Shown here piece by piece: positions 1-14,206 of a stretch of 64,000 nucleotides of DNA. The DNA lies in assembly GCA_964016885.1 (NCBI GenBank), contig OZ024743.1, positions 280,364,001 through 280,428,000 of the forward strand, written 5' to 3'. Source of the DNA: Eledone cirrhosa. Its lineage: Eukaryota. A program made the translations under genes and the position numbers. The notes under the pieces are model-generated. The model had not been told where the DNA came from. It saw nothing but the letters and a program-made list of their open reading frames with translations, and did no database searches. The first letter of the stretch is position 1, and every line of letters begins with the position of its first letter.

Positions 1-2310
1 ATTAATGTATGTGGTAATGTTGGGTATAGTAATGGTGTTTGTATTAATGTATGTGGTAATGTTGGGTATAGTAATGGTGTTTGTATTAATATATTTGGTA
101 ATGTTGGGTATAGTAATAGTGTTTGTATTAATATATGTGGTAATGTTGGGTATAGTAATGGTGTTTGTATAAATATATTTGGTAATGTTGGGTATAGTAA
201 TAGTGTTTGTATTAATGTATGTGGTAATGTTGGGTATAGTAATGGTGTTTGTATTAATGTATGTGGTAATGTTGGGTATAGTAATGGTGTTTGTATTAAT
301 GTATGTGGTAATGTTAGGTATAGTAATGGTGTTTGTATTAATGTATGTGGTAATGTTGGGTGTAGTAATGGTGTTTGTATTAATGTATGTGGTAACGTTG
401 GGTATAGTAATGGTGTTTGTATTAATGTATGTGGTAAGGTTGGGTGTAGTAATGGTGTTTGTATTAATGTATGTGGTAATGTTGGGTATAGTAATGGTGT
501 TTGTATTAATGTATGTGGTAATGTTGGGTATAGTAATGATGTTTGTATTAATGTATGTGGTAATGTTGTGTATAGTAATGGTGTTTGTATTAATGTATGT
601 GGTAATGTTGGGTATAGTAATGGTGTTTGTATTAATGTATGTAGTAATGTTGGGTATAGTAATAGTGTTTGTATTAACGTATGTGGTAATGTTGGGTATA
701 GTAATGGTGTTTGTATTAATGTATGTGGTAATGTTGTGTATAGTAATGGTGTTTGTATTAATGTATGTGGTAATGTTGGGTATAGTAATAGTGTTTGTAT
801 TAATATATGTGGTAATGTTGGGTATAGTAATGGTGTTTGTATTAATGTATGTGGTAATGTTGGGTATAGTAATGGTGTTTGTATTAATGTATATGGTAAT
901 GTTGGGTATAGTAATGGTGTTTGTATTAATGTATGTGGTAATGTTGGGTATAGTAATAGTGTTTGTATTAATGTATGTGGTAATGTTAGGTATAGTAATG
1001 GTGTTTGTATTAATGTATGTGGTAATGTTGGGTGTAGTAATGTTGTTTGTATTAATGTATGTGGTAATGTTGGGTGTAGTAATGGTGTTTGTATTAATGT
1101 ATGTGGTAATGTTGGGTGTAGTAATGGTGTTTGTATTAATGTATGTAGTAATGTTGGGTATAGTAATAGTGTTTGTATTAATGTATGTGGTAATGTTGGG
1201 TATAGTAATAGTGTTTGTATTAATATATGTGGTAATGTTGGGTATAGTAATGGTGTTTGTATTAATGTATGTGGTAATGTTGGGTATAGTAATGGTGTTT
1301 GTATTAATGTATGTGGTAATGTTGGGTATAGTAATGGTGTTTGTATTAATATATTTGGTAATGTTGGGTATAGTAATAGTGTTTGTATTAATGTATGTGG
1401 TAATGTTGGGTATAGTAATGGTGTTTGTATTAATGTATGTGGTAATGTTGGGTGTAGTAATGGTGTTTGTATTAATATATGTGGTAATGTTGGGTATAAT
1501 AATGGTGTTTGTATTAATGTATGTGGTAATGTTGGGTGTAGTAATGTTGTTTGTATTAATGTATGTGGTAATGTTGGGTGTAGTAATGGTGTTTGTATTA
1601 ATGTATGTGGTAATGTTGGGTGTAGTAATGGTGTTTGTATTAATGTATGTAGTAATGTTGGGTATAGTAATAGTGTTTGTATTAATGTATGTGGTAATGT
1701 TGGGTATAGTAATAGTGTTTGTATTAATATATGTGGTAATGTTGGGTATAGTAATGGTGTTTGTATTAATGTATTTGGTAATGTTGGGTATAGTAATGGT
1801 GTTTGTATTAATGTATGTGGTAATGTTGTGTATAGTAATGGTGTTTGTATTAATGTATGTGGTAATGTTGGGTATAGTAATGGTGTTTGTATTAATATAT
1901 TTGGTTATGTTGGGTATAGTAATAGTGTTTGTATTAATGTATGTGGTAATGTTGGGTATAGTAATGGTGTTTGTATTAATATATTTGGTAATGTTGGGTA
2001 TAGTGATAGTGTTTGTATTAATGTATGTGGTAATGTTGGGTATAGTAATGGTGTTTGTATTAATGTATGTGGTAATGTTGGGTATAGTAATGGTGTTTGT
2101 ATTAATATATTTGGTAATGTTGGGTATAGTAATAGTGTTTGTATTAATATATGTGGTAATGTTGGGTATAGTAATGGTGTTTGTATAAATATATTTGGTA
2201 ATGTTGGGTATAGTAATAGTGTTTGTATTAATGTATGTGGTAATGTTGGGTATAGTAATGGTGTTTGTATTAATGTATGTGGTAATGTTGGGTATAGTAA
2301 TGGTGTTTGT

Positions 2311-5300
2311 ATTAATGTATGTGGTAATGTTAGGTATAGTAATGGTGTTTGTATTAATGTATGTGGTAATGTTGGGTGTAGTAATGGTGTTTGTATTAAT
2401 GTATGTGGTAACGTTGGGTATAGTAATGGTGTTTGTATTAATGTATGTGGTAAGGTTGGGTGTAGTAATGGTGTTTGTATTAATGTATGTGGTAATGTTG
2501 GGTATAGTAATGGTGTTTGTATTAATGTATGTGGTAATGTTGGGTATAGTAATGATGTTTGTATTAATGTATGTGGTAATGTTGTGTATAGTAATGGTGT
2601 TTGTATTAATGTATGTGGTAATGTTGGGTATGGTAATGGTGTTTGTATTAATGTATGTAGTAATGTTGGGTATAGTAATAGTGTTTGTATTAACGTATGT
2701 GGTAATGTTGGGTATAGTAATGGTGTTTGTATTAATGTATGTGGTAATGTTGTGTATAGTAATGGTGTTTGTATTAATGTATGTGGTAATGTTGGGTATA
2801 GTAATAGTGTTTGTATTAATATATGTGGTAATGTTGGGTATAGTAATGGTGTTTGTATTAATGTATGTGGTAATGTTGGGTATAGTAATGGTGTTTGTAT
2901 TAATGTATATGGTAATGTTGGGTATAGTAATGGTGTTTGTATTAATGTATGTGGTAATGTTGGGTATAGTAATAGTGTTTGTATTAATGTATGTGGTAAT
3001 GTTAGGTATAGTAATGGTGTTTGTATTAATATATGTGGTAATGTTGGGTATAGTAATGGTGTTTGTATTAATATATTTGGTAATGTTGGGTATAGTAATA
3101 GTGTTTGTATTAATGTATGTGGTAATGTTGGGTATAGTAATGGTGTTTGTATTAATGTATGTGGTAATGTTGGGTGTAGTAATGGTGTTTGTATTAATAT
3201 ATGTGGTAATGTTGGGTATAGTAATGGTGTTTGTATTAATGTATGTGGTAATGTTGGGTGTAGTAATGTTGTTTGTATTAATGTATGTGGTAATGTTAGG
3301 TATAGTAATGGTGTTTGTATTAATGTATGTGGTAATGTTGGGTGTAGTAATGTTGTTTGTATTAATGTATGTGGTAATGTTAGGTATAGTAATGGTGTTT
3401 GTATTAATATATGTGGTAATGTTGGGTATAGTAATGGTGTTTGTATTAATATATTTGGTAATGTTGGGTATAGTAATAGTGTTTGTATTAATGTATGTGG
3501 TAATGTTGGGTATAGTAATGGTGTTTGTATTAATGTATGTGGTAATGTTGGGTGTAGTAATGGTGTTTGTATTAATATATGTGGTAATGTTGGGTATAGT
3601 AATGGTGTTTGTATTAATGTATGTGGTAATGTTGGGTGTAGTAATGGTGTTTGTATTAATGTATGTGGTAACGTTGGGTATAGTAATGGTGTTTGTATTA
3701 ATGTATGTGGTAAGGTTGGGTGTAGTAATGGTGTTTGTATTAATGTATGTGGTAATGTTGGGTATAGTAATGGTGTTTGTATTAACGTATGTGGTAATGT
3801 TGGGTATAGTAATGATGTTTGTATTAATGTATGTGGTAATGTTGTGTATAGTAATGGTGTTTGTATTAATGTATGTGGTAATGTTGGGTATAGTAATGGT
3901 GTTTGTATTAATGTATGTAGTAATGTTGGGTATAGTAATAGTGTTTGTATTAACGTATGTGGTAATGTTGGGTATAGTAATGGTGTTTGTATTAATGTAT
4001 GTGGTAATGTTGTGTATAGTAATGGTGTTTGTATTAATGTATGTGGTAATGTTGGGTATAGTAATAGTGTTTGTATTAATATATGTGGTAATGTTGGGTA
4101 TAGTAATGGTGTATGTATTAATGTATGTGGTAATGTTGGGTATAGTAATGGTGTTTGTATTAATGTATATGGTAATGTTGGGTATAGTAATGGTGTTTGT
4201 ATTAATGTATGTGGTAATGTTGGGTATAGTAATGGTGTTTGTATTAATGTATGTGGTAATGTTGGGTATAGTAATGGTGTTTGTATTAATGTATGTGGTA
4301 ATGTTGGGTATAGTAATGGTGTTTGTATTAATGTATGTGGTAATGTTGGGTATAGTAATGGTGTTTGTATTAATGTATGTGGTAATGTTGGGTATAGTAA
4401 TAGTGTTTGTATTAACGTATGTGGTAATGTTGGGTATAGTAATAGTGTTTGTATTAATGTATGTGGTAATGTTAGGTATAGTAATGGTGTTTGTATTAAT
4501 ATATGTGGTAATGTTGGGTATAGTAATGGTGTTTGTATTAATGTATGTGGTAATGTTGTGTATAGTAATGGTGTTTGTATTAATGTATGTGGTAATGTTG
4601 GGTATAGTAATGGTGTTTGTATTAATGTATGTGGTAATGTTGGGTATAGTAATGGTGTTTGTATTAATATATTTGGTAATGTTGGGTATAGTAATAGTGT
4701 TTGTATTAATGTATGTGGTAATGTTGGGTATAGTAATAGTGTTTGTATTAATGTATGTGGTAATGTTAGGTATAGTAATGGTGTTTGTATTAATATATGT
4801 GGTAATGTTGGGAATAGTAATGGTGTTTGTATTAATGTATATGGTAATGCTGGGTATAGTAATTGTGTTTGTATTAATATATGTGGTATTGTTGTGTATA
4901 GTAATGGTGTTTGTATTAATGTATGTGGTAATGTTGGGTATAGTAATGGTGTTTGTATTAATATATTTGGTAATGTTGGGTATAGTAATAGTGTTTGTAT
5001 TAATGTATGTGGTAATGTTGGGTATAGTAATAGTGTTTGTATTAATGTATGTGGTAATGGTAGGTATAGTAATGGTGTTTGTATTAATATATGTGGTAAT
5101 GTTGGGTATAGTAATGGTGTTTGTATTAATGTATGTGGTAATGTTGTGTATAGTAATGGTGTTTGTATTAATGTATGTGGTAATGTTGGGTATAGTAATG
5201 GTGTTTGTATTAATATATTTGGTAATGTTGGGTATAGTAATAGTGTTTGTATTAATATATGTGGTAATGTTGGGTATAGTAATGGTGTTTGTATAAATAT

Positions 5301-8255
5301 ATTTGGTAATGTTGGGTATAGTAATAGTGTTTGTATTAATGTATGATTAATGTATGTGGTAATGTTAGGTATAGTAATGGTGTTTATATTAATGTATGTG
5401 GTAATGTTGGGTGTAGTAATGGTGTTTGTATTAATGTATGTGGTAACGTTGGGTATAGTAATGGTGTTTGTATTAATGTATGTGGTAAGGTTGGGTGTAG
5501 TAATGGTGTTTGTATTAATGTATGTGGTAATGTTGGGTATAGTAATGGTGTTTGTATTAATGTATGTGGTAATGTTGGGTATAGTAATGATGTTTGTATT
5601 AATGTATGTGGTAATGTTGTGTATAGTAATGGTGTTTGTATTAATGTATGTGGTAATGTTGGGTATAGTAATGGTGTTTGTATTAATGTATGTAGTAATG
5701 TTGGGTATAGTAATAGTGTTTGTATTAACGTATGTGGTAATGTTGGGTATAGTAATGGTGTTTGTATTAATGTATGTGGTAATGTTGTGCATAGTAATGG
5801 TGTTTGTATTAATGTATGTGGTAATGTTGGGTATAGTAATAGTGTTTGTATTAATATATGTGGTAATGTTGGGTATAGTAATGGTGTTTGTATTAATGTA
5901 TGTGGTAATGTTGGGTATAGTAATGGTGTTTGTATTAATGTATATGGTAATGTTGGGTATAGTAATGGTGTTTGTATTAATGTATGTGGTAATGTTGGGT
6001 ATAGTAATAGTGTTTGTATTAATGTATGTGGTAATGTTAGGTATAGTAATGGTGTTTGTATTAATATATGTGGTAATGTTGGGTATAGTAATGGTGTTTG
6101 TATTAATATATTTGGTAATGTTGGGTATAGTAATAGTGTTTGTATTAATGTATGTGGTAATGTTGGGTATAGTAATGGTGTTTGTATTAATGTATGTGGT
6201 AATGTTGGGTGTAGTAATGGTGTTTGTATTAATATATGTGGTAATGTTGGGTATAGTAATGGTGTTTGTATTAATGTATGTGGTAATGTTGGGTGTAGTA
6301 ATGTTGTTTGTATTAATGTATGTGGTAATGTTAGGTATAGTAATGGTGTTTGTATTAATGTATGTGGTAATGTTGGGTGTAGTAATGTTGTTTGTATTAA
6401 TGTATGTGGTAATGTTAGGTATAGTAATGGTGTTTGTATTAATATATGTGGTAATGTTGGGTATAGTAATGGTGTTTGTATTAATATATTTGGTAATGTT
6501 GGGTATAGTAATAGTGTTTGTATTAATGTATGTGGTAATGTTGGGTATAGTAATGGTGTTTGTATTAATGTATGTGGTAATGTTGGGTGTAGTAATGGTG
6601 TTTCTATTAATATATGTGGTAATGTTGGGTATAGTAATGGTGTTTGTATTAATGTATGTGGTAATGTTGGGTGTAGTAATGGTGTTTGTATTAATGTATG
6701 TGGTAACGTTGGGTATAGTAATGGTGTTTGTATTAATGTATGTGGTAAGGTTGGGTGTAGTAATGGTGTTTGTATTAATGTATGTGGTAATGTTGGGTAT
6801 AGTAATGGTGTTTGTATTAACGTATGTGGTAATGTTGGGTATAGTAATGATGTTTGTATTAATGTATGTGGTAATGTTGTGTATAGTAATGGTGTTTGTA
6901 TTAATGTATGTGGTAATGTTGGGTATAGTAATGGTGTTTGTATTAATGTATGTAGTAATGTTGGGTATAGTAATAGTGTTTGTATTAACGTATGTGGTAA
7001 TGTTGGGTATAGTAATGGTGTTTGTATTAATGTATGTGGTAATGTTGTGTATAGTAATGGTGTTTGTATTAATGTATGTGGTAATGTTGGGTATAGTAAT
7101 AGTGTTTGTATTAATATATGTGGTAATGTTGGGTATAGTAATGGTGTATGTATTAATGTATGTGGTAATGTTGGGTATAGTAATGGTGTTTGTATTAATG
7201 TATATGGTAATGTTGGGTATAGTAATGGTGTTTGTATTAATGTATGTGGTAATGTTGGGTATAGTAATGGTGTTTGTATTAATGTATGTGGTAATGTTGG
7301 GTATAGTAATGGTGTTTGTATTAATGTATGTGGTAATGTTGGGTATAGTAATGGTGTTTGTATTAATGTATGTGGTAATGTTGGGTATAGTAATGGTGTT
7401 TGTATTAATGTATGTGGTAATGTTGGGTATAGTAATAGTGTTTGTATTAATGTATGTGGTAATGTTGGGTATAGTAATAGTGTTTGTATTAATGTATGTG
7501 GTAATGTTAGGTATAGTAATGGTGTTTGTATTAATATATGTGGTAATGTTGGGTATAGTAATGGTGTTTGTATTAATGTATGTGGTAATGTTGTGTATAG
7601 TAATGGTGTTTGTATTAATGTATGTGGTAATGTTGGGTATAGTAATGGTGTTTGTATTAATGTATGTGGTAATGTTGGGTATAGTAATGGTGTTTGTATT
7701 AATATATTTGGTAATGTTGGGTATAGTAATAGTGTTTGTATTAATGTATGTGGTAATGTTGGGTATAGTAATAGTGTTTGTATTAATGTATGTGGTAATG
7801 TTAGGTATAGTAATGGTGTTTGTATTAATATATGTGGTAATGTTGGGTATAGTAATGGTGTTTGTATTAATGTATGTGGTAATGCTGGGTATAGTAATTG
7901 TGTTTGTATTAATATATGTGGTATTGTTGTGTATAGTAATGGTGTTTGTATTAATGTATGTGGTAATGTTGGGTATAGTAATGGTGTTTGTATTAATATA
8001 TTTGGTAATGTTGGGTATAGTAATAGTGTTTGTATTAATGTATGTGGTAATGTTGGGTATAGTAATAGTGTTTGTATTAATGTATGTGGTAATGGTAGGT
8101 ATAGTAATGGTGTTTGTATTAATATATGTGGTAATGTTGGGTATAGTAATGGTGTTTGTATTAATGTATGTGGTAATGTTGTGTATAGTAATGGTGTTTG
8201 TATTAATGTATGTGGTAATGTTGGGTATAGTAATGGTGTTTGTATTAATATATTT
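2311..8255. repeat. About 2.9-kb block duplication within the array (about 2311-5220 copied at about 5346-8255, offset 3035 bp)
   Basis: Rare variants pair at offset 3035: C2412/C5447, C3672/C6707, GTATGTATT at 4111/7146 and GCTGGG C4850/C7885. Confidence 0.88.
5335..5345. other. Truncated 11-bp monomer (ATTAATGTATG), the only multi-base out-of-register junction in the window
   Basis: The sequence reads ...TTTGT ATTAATGTATG ATTAATGTATGTGG..., and monomer phase shifts by +11 at this point. Confidence 0.95.
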
Positions 8256-11200
8256 GGTTATGTTGGGTATAGTAATAGTGTTTGTATTAATGTATGTGGT
8301 AATGTTGGGTATAGTAATGGTGTTTGTATTAATATATTTGGTAATGTTGGGTATCATAATAGTGTTTGTATTAATGTATGTGGTAATGTTAGGTATAGTA
8401 ATGGTGTTTGTATTAATATATGTGGTAATGTTGGGTATAGTAATGGTGTTTGTATTAATGTATGTGGTAATGTTGTGTATAGTAATGGTGTTTGTATTAA
8501 TGTATGTGGTAATGTTGGGTATAGTAATGGTGTTTGTATTAATGTATGTGGTAATGTTGGGTATAGTAATGGTGTTTGTATTAATATATTTGGTAATGTT
8601 GGGTATAGTAATAGTGTTTGTATTAATGTATGTGGTAATGTTGGGTATAGTAATAGTGTTTGTATTAATGTATGTGGTAATGTTAGGTATAGTAATGGTG
8701 TTTGTATTAATATATGTGGTAATGTTGGGTATAGTAATGGTGTTTGTATTAATATATTTGGTAATGTTGGGTATAGTAATAGTGTTTGTATTAATGTATG
8801 TGGTAATGTTGGGTATAGTAATGGTGTTTGTATTAATGTATGTGGTAATGTTGGGTGTAGTAATGGTGTTTGTATTAATATATGTGGTAATGTTGGGTAT
8901 AGTAATGGTGTTTGTATTAATGTATGTGGTAATGTTGGGTGTAGTAATGTTGTTTGTATTAATGTATGTGGTAATGTTGGGTGTAGTAATGGTGTTTGTA
9001 TTAATGTATGTGGTAATGTTGGGTGTAGTAATGGTGTTTGTATTAATGTATGTAGTAATGTTGGGTATAGTAATAGTGTTTGTATTAATGTATGTGGTAA
9101 TGTTGGGTATAGTAATAGTGTTTGTATTAATATATGTGGTAATGTTGGGTATAGTAATGGTGTTTGTATTAATGTATGTGGTAATGTTGGGTATAGTAAT
9201 GGTGTTTGTATTAATGTATGTGGTAATGTTGTGTATAGTAATGGTGTTTGTATTAATGTATGTGGTAATGTTGGGTATAGTAATGGTGTTTGTATTAATA
9301 TATTTGGTTATGTTGGGTATAGTAATAGTGTTTGTATTAATGTATGTGGTAATGTTGGGTATAGTAATGGTGTTTGTATTAATATATTTGGTAATGTTGG
9401 GTATAGTAATAGTGTTTGTATTAATGTATGTGGTAATGTTGGGTATAGTAATGGTGTTTGTATTAATGTATGTGGTAATGTTGGGTATAGTAATGGTGTT
9501 TGTATTAATACATTTGGTAATGTTGGGTATAGTAATAGTGTTTGTATTAATATATGTGGTAATGTTGGGTATAGTAATGGTGTTTGTATAAATATATTTG
9601 GTAATGTTGGGTATAGTAATAGTGTTTGTATTAATGTATGTGGTAATGTTGGGTATAGTAATGGTGTTTGTATTAATGTATGTGGTAATGTTGGGTATAG
9701 TAACGGTGTTTGTATTAATGTATGTGGTAATGTTAGGTATAGTAATGGTGTTTGTATTAATGTATGTGGTAATGTTGGGTGTAGTAATGGTGTTTGTATT
9801 AATGTATGTGGTAACGTTGGGTATAGTAATGGTGTTTGTATTAATGTATGTGGTAAGGTTGGGTGTAGTAATGGTGTTTGTGTTAATGTATGTGGTAATG
9901 TTGGGTATAGTAATGGTGTTTGTATTAATGTATGTGGTAATGGTGGGTATAGTAATGATGTTTGTATTAATGTATGTGGTAATGTTGTGTATAGTAATGG
10001 TGTTTGTATTAATGTATGTGGTAATGTTGGGTATAGTAATGGTGTTTGTATTAATGTATGTAGTAATGTTGGGTATAGTAATAGTGTTTGTATTAATGTA
10101 TGTGGTAATGTTGGGTATAGTAATGGTGTTTGTATTAATGTATGTGGTAATGTTGTGTATAGTAATGGTGTTTGTATTAATGTATGTGGTAATGTTGGGT
10201 ATAGTAATAGTGTTTGTATTAATATATGTGGTAATGTTGGGTATAGTAATGGTGTTTGTATTAATGTATGTGGTAATGTTGGGTATAGTAATGGTGTTTG
10301 TATTAATGTATGTGGTAATGCTGGGTATAGTAATTGTGTTTGTATTAATATATGTGGTAATGTTGTGTATAGTAATGGTGTTTGTATTAATGTATGTGGT
10401 AATGTTGGGTATAGTAATGGTGTTTGTATTAATATATTTGGTAATGTTGGGTATAGTAATAGTGTTTGTATTAATGTATGTGGTAATGTTGGGTATAGTA
10501 ATAGTGTTTGTATTAATGTATGTGGTAATGGTAGGTATAGTAATGGTGTTTGTATTAATATATGTGGTAATGTTGGGTATAGTAATGGTGTTTGTATTAA
10601 TGTATGTGGTAATGTTGTGTATAGTAATGGTGTTTGTATTAATGTATGTGGTAATGTTGGGTATAGTAATGGTGTTTGTATTAATATATTTGGTTATGTT
10701 GGGTATAGTAATAGTGTTTGTATTAATGTATGTGGTAATGTTGGGTATAGTAATGGTGTTTGTATTAATATATTTGGTAATGTTGGGTATAGTAATAGTG
10801 TTTGTATTAATGTATGTGGTAATGTTGGGTATAGTAATGGTGTTTGTATTAATGTATGTGTTAATGTTGGGTATAGTAATGGTGTTTGTATTAATATATT
10901 TGGTAATGTTGGGTATAGTAATAGTGTTTGTATTAATATATGTGGTAATGTTGGGTATAGTAATGGTGTTTGTATTAATGTATGTGGTAATGTTGGGTAT
11001 AGTAATGGTGTTTGTATAAATATATTTGGTAATGTTGGGTATAGTAATAGTGTTTGTATTAATGTATGTGGTAATGTTGGGTATAGTAATGGTGTTTGTA
11101 TAAATATATTTGGTAATGTTGGGTATAGTAATAGTGTTTGTATTAATGTATGTGGTAATGTTGGGTATAGTAATGGTGTTTGTATTAATGTATGTGGTAA

Positions 11201-14200
11201 TGTTGGGTATAGTAATGGTGTTTGTATTAATGTATGTGGTAATGTTAGGTATAGTAATGGTGTTTGTATTAATGTATGTGGTAATGTTGGGTGTAGTAAT
11301 GGTGTTTGTATTAATGTATGTGGTAACGTTGGGTATAGTAATGGTGTTTGTATTAATGTATGTGGTAAGGTTGGGTGTAGTAATGGTGTTTGTATTAATA
11401 AATGTGGTAATGTTGGGTATAGTAATGGTGTTTGTATTAATATATGTGGTAATGTTGGGTATAGTAATGGTGTTTGTATTAATGTATGTAGTAATGTTGG
11501 GTATAGTAATGGTGTTTGTATTAATGTATGTGTTAATGTTGGGTGTAATAATGGTGTTTGTATTAATATATGTGGTAATGTTGGGTGTAGTAATGGGTTT
11601 GTATTAATGTATGTGGTAATGTTGGGTATAGTAATGGTGTTTGTATTAATGTATGTGGTAATGTTGGGTGTAGTAATGGTGTTTGTATTAATATATGTGG
11701 TAATGTTGGGTATAGTAATGGTGTTTGTATTAATGTATGTGGTAATGTTGGGTGTAGTAATGGTGTTTGTATTAATGTATGTGGTAATGTTGGGTATAGT
11801 AATGGTGTTTGTATTAATGTATGTGGTAATGTTGGGTGTAGTAATGGTGTTTGTATTAATATATGTGGTAATGTTGGGTATAGTAATGGTGTTTGTATTA
11901 ATGTATGTGGTAATGTTGGGTGTAGTAATGGTGTTTGTATTAATGTATGTGGTAATGTTGGGTGTAGTAATGGTGTTTGTATTAATGTATGTGGTAATGT
12001 TGGGTGTAGTAATGGTGTTTGTATTAATGTATGTAGTAATGTTGGGTATAGTAATAGTGTTTGTATTAATGAATGTGGTAATGTTGGGTATAGTAATAGT
12101 GTTTGTATTAATATATGTGGTAATGTTGGGTATAGTAATGGTGTTTGTATTAATGTATGTGGTAATGTTGGGTATAGTAATAGTGTTTGTATTAATGTAT
12201 GTAGTAATGTTAGGTATAGTAATGGTGTTTGTATTAATGTATGTGGTAATGTTGGGTATAGTAATGGTGTTTGTATTAATATATGTGGTAATGTTGTGTA
12301 TAGTAATGGTGTTTGTATTAATATATGTGGTAATGTTGGGTATAGTAATGGTGTTTGTATTAATATATGTGGTAATGTTGGTTATAGTAATGGTGTTTGT
12401 ATTAATATATGTGGTAATGTTGTGTATAGTAATGGTGTTTGTATTAATGTATGTGGTAATGTTGGGTATAGTAATGGTGTTTGTATTAATGTATGTGGTA
12501 ATGTTGGGTATAGTAATAGTGTTTGTATTAATATATGTGGTAATGTTGTGTATAGTAATGGTGTTTGTATTAATGTATGTAGTAATGTTAGGTATAGTAA
12601 TGGTGTTTGTATTAATGTATGTGGTAATGTTGGGTATAGTAATGGTGTTTGTATTAATATATGTGGTAATGTTGTGTATAGTAATGGTGTTTGTATTAAT
12701 GTATGTAGTAATGTTAGGTATAGTAATGGTGTTTGTATTAATGTATGTAGTAATGTTGGGTATAGTAATAGTGTTTGTATTAATGTATGTGGTAATGTTG
12801 GGTATAGTAATGGTGTTTGTATTAATGTATGTGGTAATGTTGTGTATAGTAATGGTGTTTATATTAATGTATGTGGTAATGTTGGGTATAGTAATAGTGT
12901 TTGTATTAATATATGTGGTAATGTTGGGTATAGTAATGGTGTTTGTATTAATGTATGTGGTAATGTTGGGTATAGTAATGGTGTTTGTATTAATGTATGT
13001 GGTAATGTTGGGTATAGTAATGGTGTTTGTATTAATGTATGTGGTAATGTTGGGTATAGTAATGGTGTTTGTATTAATGTATGTGGTAATGTTGGGTATA
13101 GTAATGGTGTTTGTATTAATGTATGTGGTAATGTTGTGTATAGTAATGGTGTTTGTATTAATATATGTGGTAATGTTGGGTATAGTAATGGTGTTTGTAT
13201 TAATGTATGTGGTAATGTTGGGTATAGTAATGGTGTTTGTATTAATGTATGTGGTAATGTTGGGTATAGTAATGGTGTTTGTATTAATGTATGTGGTAAT
13301 GTTGGGTATAGTAATAGTGTTTGTATTAATGTATGTGGTAATGTTGGGTATAGTAATAGTGTTTGTATTAATGTATGTGGTAATGTTAGGTATAGTAATG
13401 GTGTTTGTATTAATATATGTGGTAATGTTGGGTATAGTAATGGTGTTTGTATTAATGTATGTGGTAATGTTGTGTATAGTAATGGTGATTGTATTAATGT
13501 ATGTGGTAATGTTGGGTATAGTAATGGTGTTTGTATTAATGTATATGGTAATGTTGGGTATAGTAATGGTGTTTGTATTAATATATTTGGTAATGTTGGG
13601 TATAGTAATGGTGTTTGTATTAATGTATGTGGTAATGCTGGGTATAGTAATTGTGTTTGTATTAATATATGTGGTAATGTTGTGTATAGTAATGGTGTTT
13701 GTATTAATGTATGTGGTAATGTTGGGTATAGTAATGGTGTTTGTATTAATATATTTGGTAATGTTGGGTATAGTAATAGTGTTTGTATTAATGTATGTGG
13801 TAATGTTGGGTATAGTAATAGTGTTTGTATTAATGTATGTGGTAATGGTAGGTATAGTAATGGTGTTTGTATTAATATATGTGGTAATGTTGGGTATAGT
13901 AATGGTGTTTGTATTAATGTATGTGGTAATGTTGTGTATAGTAATGGTGTTTGTATTAATGTATGTGGTAATGTTGGGTATAGTAATGGTGTTTGTATTA
14001 ATATATTTGGTTATGTTGGGTATAGTAATAGTGTTTGTATTAATGTATGTGGTAATGTTGGGTATAGTAATGGTGTTTGTATTAATATATTTGGTAATGT
14101 TGGGTATAGTAGTAGTGTTTGTATTAATGTATGTGGTAATGTTGGGTATATTAATGGTGTTTGTATTAATGTATGTGTTAATGTTGGGTATAGTAATGGT

Positions 14201-14206
14201 GTTTGT

